Assembly (NCBI GenBank): GCA_965112735.1
Contig: OZ218953.1
Location: 3,038,001 to 3,102,000, forward strand
Reading direction: 5' to 3'
DNA: 64,000 nucleotides
Source of the DNA: Phaeosaccion multiseriatum
Taxonomy: Eukaryota > Protista > Ochrophyta, other classes
Shown here: piece by piece, positions 34,351 to 64,000 of the stretch
How the letters are laid out: each line of letters opens with the position of its first letter
Position numbering within the stretch: the stretch's first letter is position 1
The notes under the pieces: model-generated
Told to the model about the DNA's origin: nothing
Databases searched by the model: none
The model's input: only the letters and a program-made list of their open reading frames with translations
Position numbers and translations under genes: made by a program

Positions 34351-34778
34351 ATATCCCTAAACCAAATTTAAGACCCACTACAGTGGGTCTACAAGACCCT
34401 CTTTAGTGGGTCTTAAACTTTGGAGGCCCAAAAGCAGGTGATCCCGTCGGAGATGACCCATGCATCTCTCGTACAAAATGAAAGATCAAGATGTCCTTAG
34501 TCGGTATAGAAAGTTGTACGGGTAACGGGGGACGAGAAGAGGCCATTTGGGATGAAGGAAAATGCTCGGTCAAATATTTTCCTTCATCCCAAATGGCCTC
34601 TTCTCGTCCCCCGTTACCCATACAACTTTCTATACCGACTAAGGACATCTTGATCTTTCATTTTGTACGAGAGATGCATGGGTCATCTCCGACGGGATCA
34701 CCTGCTTTTGGGCCTCCAAAGTTTAAGACCCAATAAAGTGGGTCTTAATTTGGATTCTAATTTGCGGTTTAGGGATAT
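34351..34778. mobile_element. Foldback/MITE-like element: CCCTAAACC...GGTTTAGGG termini, ATAT on both flanks, internal 163-bp inverted arms
   Basis: Arms 34401-34563 and 34576-34738 are reverse complements with 2 mismatches around a 12-nt loop. Outer inverted repeat ATATCCCTAAACC (34351-34363) / GGTTTAGGGATAT (34766-34778). Confidence 0.75.
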
Positions 34779-34830
34779 CGATGTATGACGGTCAATTCGA
34801 TGCAAGTTTTTCTTCTTCTTTTGCTTTGGA

Positions 34831-35802
34831 ATGCCACGACGGAGGAGAAGCGTCTCAGAGATAGAAGATGCCAATAAACAAATTGAGAAAGAGAAGGATG
34901 AGATCAAATCAAAGAGAAAAAAAGGAAATGAAAAAGACACTAGCCGTATGCTAAGCAAACGCACAAGCCGGATCACCACCAACAGGGCACGTATACGCAA
35001 ATACAAAGCACAAGAGGAGGCTGCGACTGCTGATAGCGTTGGTGAGTCGGTGGCTGAGGATTGTGTGGATCAAGAAGCTACTGGAAGTGGTGCAGCTGCT
35101 GTAACTGAGAGCGGTGATGCTGAAATTGGAGACGATGCGACCGCTTCTACTCCCGGTGTGGTTGCTACTGGAAGCAGTGCTGATGTTCTTGTGGGGACGC
35201 CACCTCTTACTGCCTATACGAGTGTTCCGGCTACTCCAGAGGCCTCTAGTGGGTTTGATGCTGGCCTTAGTACGGCTGCAGCTGCGGCTGCGACTGCTGA
35301 TAGCGTTGGTGAGTCGGTGGCTGAGGATTGTGTGGATCAAGAAGCTACTGGAAGTGGTGCAGCTGCTGTAACTGAGAGCGGTGATGCTGCTTATGTTGAC
35401 CCTGGAGACGATGCGACCGCTTCTACTCCCGGTGTGGTTGCTACTGGAAGCAGTGCTGATGTTCTTGTGGGGACGCCACCTCTTACTGCCTATACGAGTG
35501 TTCCGGCTACTCCAGAGGCCTCTAGTGGGTTTGATGCTGGCCTTAGTACGGCTGCAGCTGCGGCTGCGACTGCTGATAGCGTTGGTGAGTCGGTGGCTGA
35601 GGATTGTGTGGATCAAGAAGCTACTGGAAGTGGTGCAGCTGCTGTAACTGAGAGCGGTGATGCTGCTTATGTTGACCCTGGAGACGATGCGACCGCTTCT
35701 ACTCCCGGTGTGGTTGCTACTGGAAGCAGTGCTGATGTTCTTGTGGGGACGCCACCTCTTACTGCCTATACGAGTGCTCCGGCTACTCCAGAGGCCTGCT
35801 AG
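34831..35802 (+). CDS. Hypothetical ORF: basic NLS-like N-terminus plus ~3 copies of an ~90-aa A/T/S/G/D-rich repeat; possibly a TE-derived pseudogene continuing in another frame to ~36080
   Basis: ATG-initiated 323-aa ORF with T-ending codons (gct/act/ggt/gat), unlike the host genes. A different frame is open from 35796 to 36161. Confidence 0.45.
   Translation: MPRRRRSVSEIEDANKQIEKEKDEIKSKRKKGNEKDTSRMLSKRTSRITTNRARIRKYKAQEEAATADSVGESVAEDCVDQEATGSGAAAVTESGDAEIGDDATASTPGVVATGSSADVLVGTPPLTAYTSVPATPEASSGFDAGLSTAAAAAATADSVGESVAEDCVDQEATGSGAAAVTESGDAAYVDPGDDATASTPGVVATGSSADVLVGTPPLTAYTSVPATPEASSGFDAGLSTAAAAAATADSVGESVAEDCVDQEATGSGAAAVTESGDAAYVDPGDDATASTPGVVATGSSADVLVGTPPLTAYTSAPATPEAC
35021..35797. 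repeat. Near-identical tandem repeat; units of 267, 276 and ~234 bp
   Basis: Units start at 35021, 35288 and 35564. They differ only in the EIG vs AYVDPG segment and a single substitution. Confidence 0.95.
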
Positions 35803-36249
35803 GCTGGCTGCTCTTTAAGGACACTGGAAGCGGACCCGCCTCTGTCGCTGCTCCTCCCCCTGTCCTTGCTCCTTCCCCTCCCCCTGCTAGAGGGACAGGT
35901 CCTGTGTTGACTATTTTTGATCGAAAGGATGGCGATGGGAATCTAGAGGAGGAGTTGGGCTGTGCATTGATGCGAGGGAGCTGCGTCGTGATCAAGAATG
36001 ATTGTCGCTTTGAGGAATCAACGGCGAAAAGCCACACGAAGCGAGTCGCGGCCGTGCAGCAGGGGCTGCAGGATGTACGCACTCCCGCTAGAGAGGCAGG
36101 GGAGAGGGCGAAGAGGGAGGGCCAGGTGATGGTGGTGGGTGATGGGAAGAGGCCAGTTTGATGCGGGGAGCCGAGTAGGCAGCAGCCGATTTTAATAGAA
36201 AAGGATCATGACGGTAAGCAGAGAGATAAGAGGAGGAAAGGTGATGGGG

Positions 36250-37371
36250 GAGAGGCGTGAGTACCATGGACAGGAGGGAAACCAGGGGAGAGTGGATGGT
36301 CAGCAAGCGAGAAGGGGCAGGAAGCGCGAACGATGGAGGACTTGGGACGAAAGAGGGCGCAGCGGCGGGGAGCTGGATTGGAGAGAAGCAGGCACCGGTT
36401 GCGATGGATGACGGAGAGAGGAAGGGACGGTCGGAGAGTGGTGAGTGGAGAGTGGAGAGACGATGAGTAGCATTGACGGTGGGGAGAGGGTGTGTGGAGA
36501 CGCGGCCGCTGCCTGCCTGCCGTCATGTCCATACAGGAGACAAGTGTCCCCAAGTAACCCGCCCTCTCGCCTCCACCCTCCCTCCTCCGTGCGTGTGTCA
36601 TTGCATCCCTACCCACGCCAAGACCGCAGACACCGGCGAGCGAAGTATATCTCGGCCCTGAATCAGAGGTGAGCAAATCGAAGAGGGAGGGGAGAGAGGT
36701 ATGGGCACCATGGAGAGGAGGGGAAGGAGGGGAGAGTGGATGGTCAGAAGCCGAGAAGGGGGGGCAGGGGGTTCGGACGCAAGGGGTACGACGTGGATTG
36801 GAGAGAAGCAGGCGCCAGGTGTGGTGGATGACGGAGACGATGAGTAGCATTGACAGCGGGGAGAGGGTGTGTGGATACGCGTCGTCAACCTCAAAGTGGT
36901 GTTTATGCAGGAGGCGAGTGTCCAAAACTGACCTCCTCGTCGCCCACCCCCTCATCCTCCCTCCCCCGCCTGTCCCTGCAGTCCCTACTCACGCCGAAAC
37001 CGCAGACCAGGCCTTGCCCGTCCCAGAGCACGAGGTGAGCAGGCTGGACGAAGGGGGAGGGGAGGGGACCCAAAGTTAGGGACAGGAGGAGAGTTGATGG
37101 TCTGCGGACGAGAGGGGGGGGGGCAGGGTGTGCGAAAGGGAGAGGGCCTGCGATGAAAGAGGGTGCCCGGGCGGGAGGGGACTGAGAGCGGAGCGAGAAG
37201 AGCAGACGGGCAAGGACGAGCAGCATAAGAGTGGATGGATGAACAGAAGGTGCCCACGAATAACGACCCCTCCTCTGTCCCCTGTCTGTGTCTTTGAACC
37301 CCATCCCACACCGAAGGCACAGACGCCGGCGGCTGACATTGACTCCGCCCGTCCAGGAGCAAGAGGTGAGC
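36250..37371. repeat. Degenerate ~330-400-bp tandem repeats
   Basis: Shared blocks: GGATTGGAGAGAAGCAGGC (~36375, ~36795); GAGACGATGAGTAGCATTGAC.G.GGGGAGAGGGTGTGTGGA (~36456, ~36833); GAGGTGAGC (36666, 37032, 37363). Confidence 0.7.
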
Positions 37372-38022
37372 ACATTCGACGGAACAGCTGGGCGGGATGG
37401 GGAGCGACAGTCGAACAGAGAGGCAACAAAAGGAGGGTGGACGGACGAGGCAGGGCCCAAGACGAAAGAGGGCGCCTCCGGGCTAGATGGAGAAAAGAGA
37501 ACAGGGTAGACAGAGGGGTTTTGCAGGATGGCTTGGTGGGTGCAGTAGAGCGACGTGGATGGAGGGTGTGTTGTGTGTGTGTGTGGGGGGGGGGGGAGAA
37601 GTGACTGACGCGGCGAAGCTGACCCCACGGCTGTGACGACCCAACCAGAGACGAATGAATATATACCAACACCCAACGAACCCCGCCTCAACAGAGCATA
37701 GCTTTGATTGGTATGAGGAGGGAGGGGCGGCAGCACGAGAGGAGACGAGTGAACGCCCACGGAATGAAGCAGAGAAAGTGGCGCGGAGACATGTGTCGAC
37801 ATGACGGAAGGGAGACAGGAGGCGGCTTGTCAAACCCCTGACGTGGGCCCGACGCATTTCCAGTAGAGCATATCTACCGGGCCCGCAGGGCTCAGTAACT
37901 CGCCACTGGCCGCCGGCTGGTAGCAGGTAGCACGTCGGCCGAAGTCGGCTGGTAGCAGATAGCACGCCGGCTGGAAGCAATACTAGCAGCAGGTAGTATA
38001 GTCTCGGCCCGGGGACGTACGC

Positions 38023-38114
38023 TGTAGCGATATATAAGGAGTCATTAGCTCGCTATAAACCATTCAGCGCTGAATGGTTTATAGCGAGCTAATGACTCCT
38101 TATATATCGCTACA
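38023..38114. repeat. Perfect 92-bp palindrome with TGT...ACA ends; possible collapsed TIR element
   Basis: 46-bp arms TGTAGCGATATATAAGGAGTCATTAGCTCGCTATAAACCATTCAGC with no spacer and no mismatch. Flanks are ACGC (left) and ACAC (right). Confidence 0.9.
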
Positions 38115-38391
38115 ACACACCCGCTGTGTACAGTTGTTTTGTTTTCAAAGTCAATGTATTATCCAAACCCAACCAGACACCGCGCCCGCTGTTCTCGGCT
38201 TCACGCCCCTCCGCCGCCCGGCTCACACACACGCCCACGGGACGTCCACTTGCGCCCGTACGGGGGACGTCCACACGCGTTCTCGGCCGAAGCACGACCC
38301 GTCTAATGTACGTGCCTCGGACGGGCGCCGCTCGGACGTCCCGGGGACGTCCGAACACCGTAATGCGTACGTAGGTCAACTCTTGGGAATG

Positions 38392-64000
<25,609 letters not shown>

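Noticed and set aside
34403-34736. Two near-identical 81-aa ORFs on opposite strands
   Set aside because: Mirror products of the palindrome; no independent coding evidence.

Overview
Eukaryotic, GC-rich, intron- and microsatellite-rich genomic DNA, most plausibly a stramenopile (inferred from the CryptonS-like element, gene content and composition). Many listed ORFs are microsatellite artefacts. Host genes, all GT-AG spliced: (1) a 5'-truncated DIDO/PHF3/Bye1-like gene with PHD, TFIIS-M, SPOC and an extra SURP domain (1-10138, +); (2) an unknown coiled-coil gene (10621-15121, +); (3) an F-box + cyclin-box, cyclin F-like gene (16619-19216, -); (4) an unknown low-complexity gene (23267-25516, +); (5) a BBS12-like chaperonin (26632-30872, -) head-to-head with (6) RFC4/Rfc2 (31132-33818, +); (7) a >25 kb multi-C2/IQ gene (38392 to beyond 64000, -). 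Mobile or accessory DNA: a Crypton-type tyrosine-recombinase transposon (~19619-23209) with intact catalytic residues, palindromic ends and a frameshifted C-terminal PHD-like finger, and an intergenic island (34.35-38.1 kb) containing a 163-bp-arm foldback element, a tandem-repeat ORF and a perfect 92-bp palindrome. The most unusual pattern is a 19-bp motif, GCTGTATCACCAACTGCTG, present as 8 exact and roughly 25 degenerate copies in both introns and exons. In exons it is translated in three different frames.
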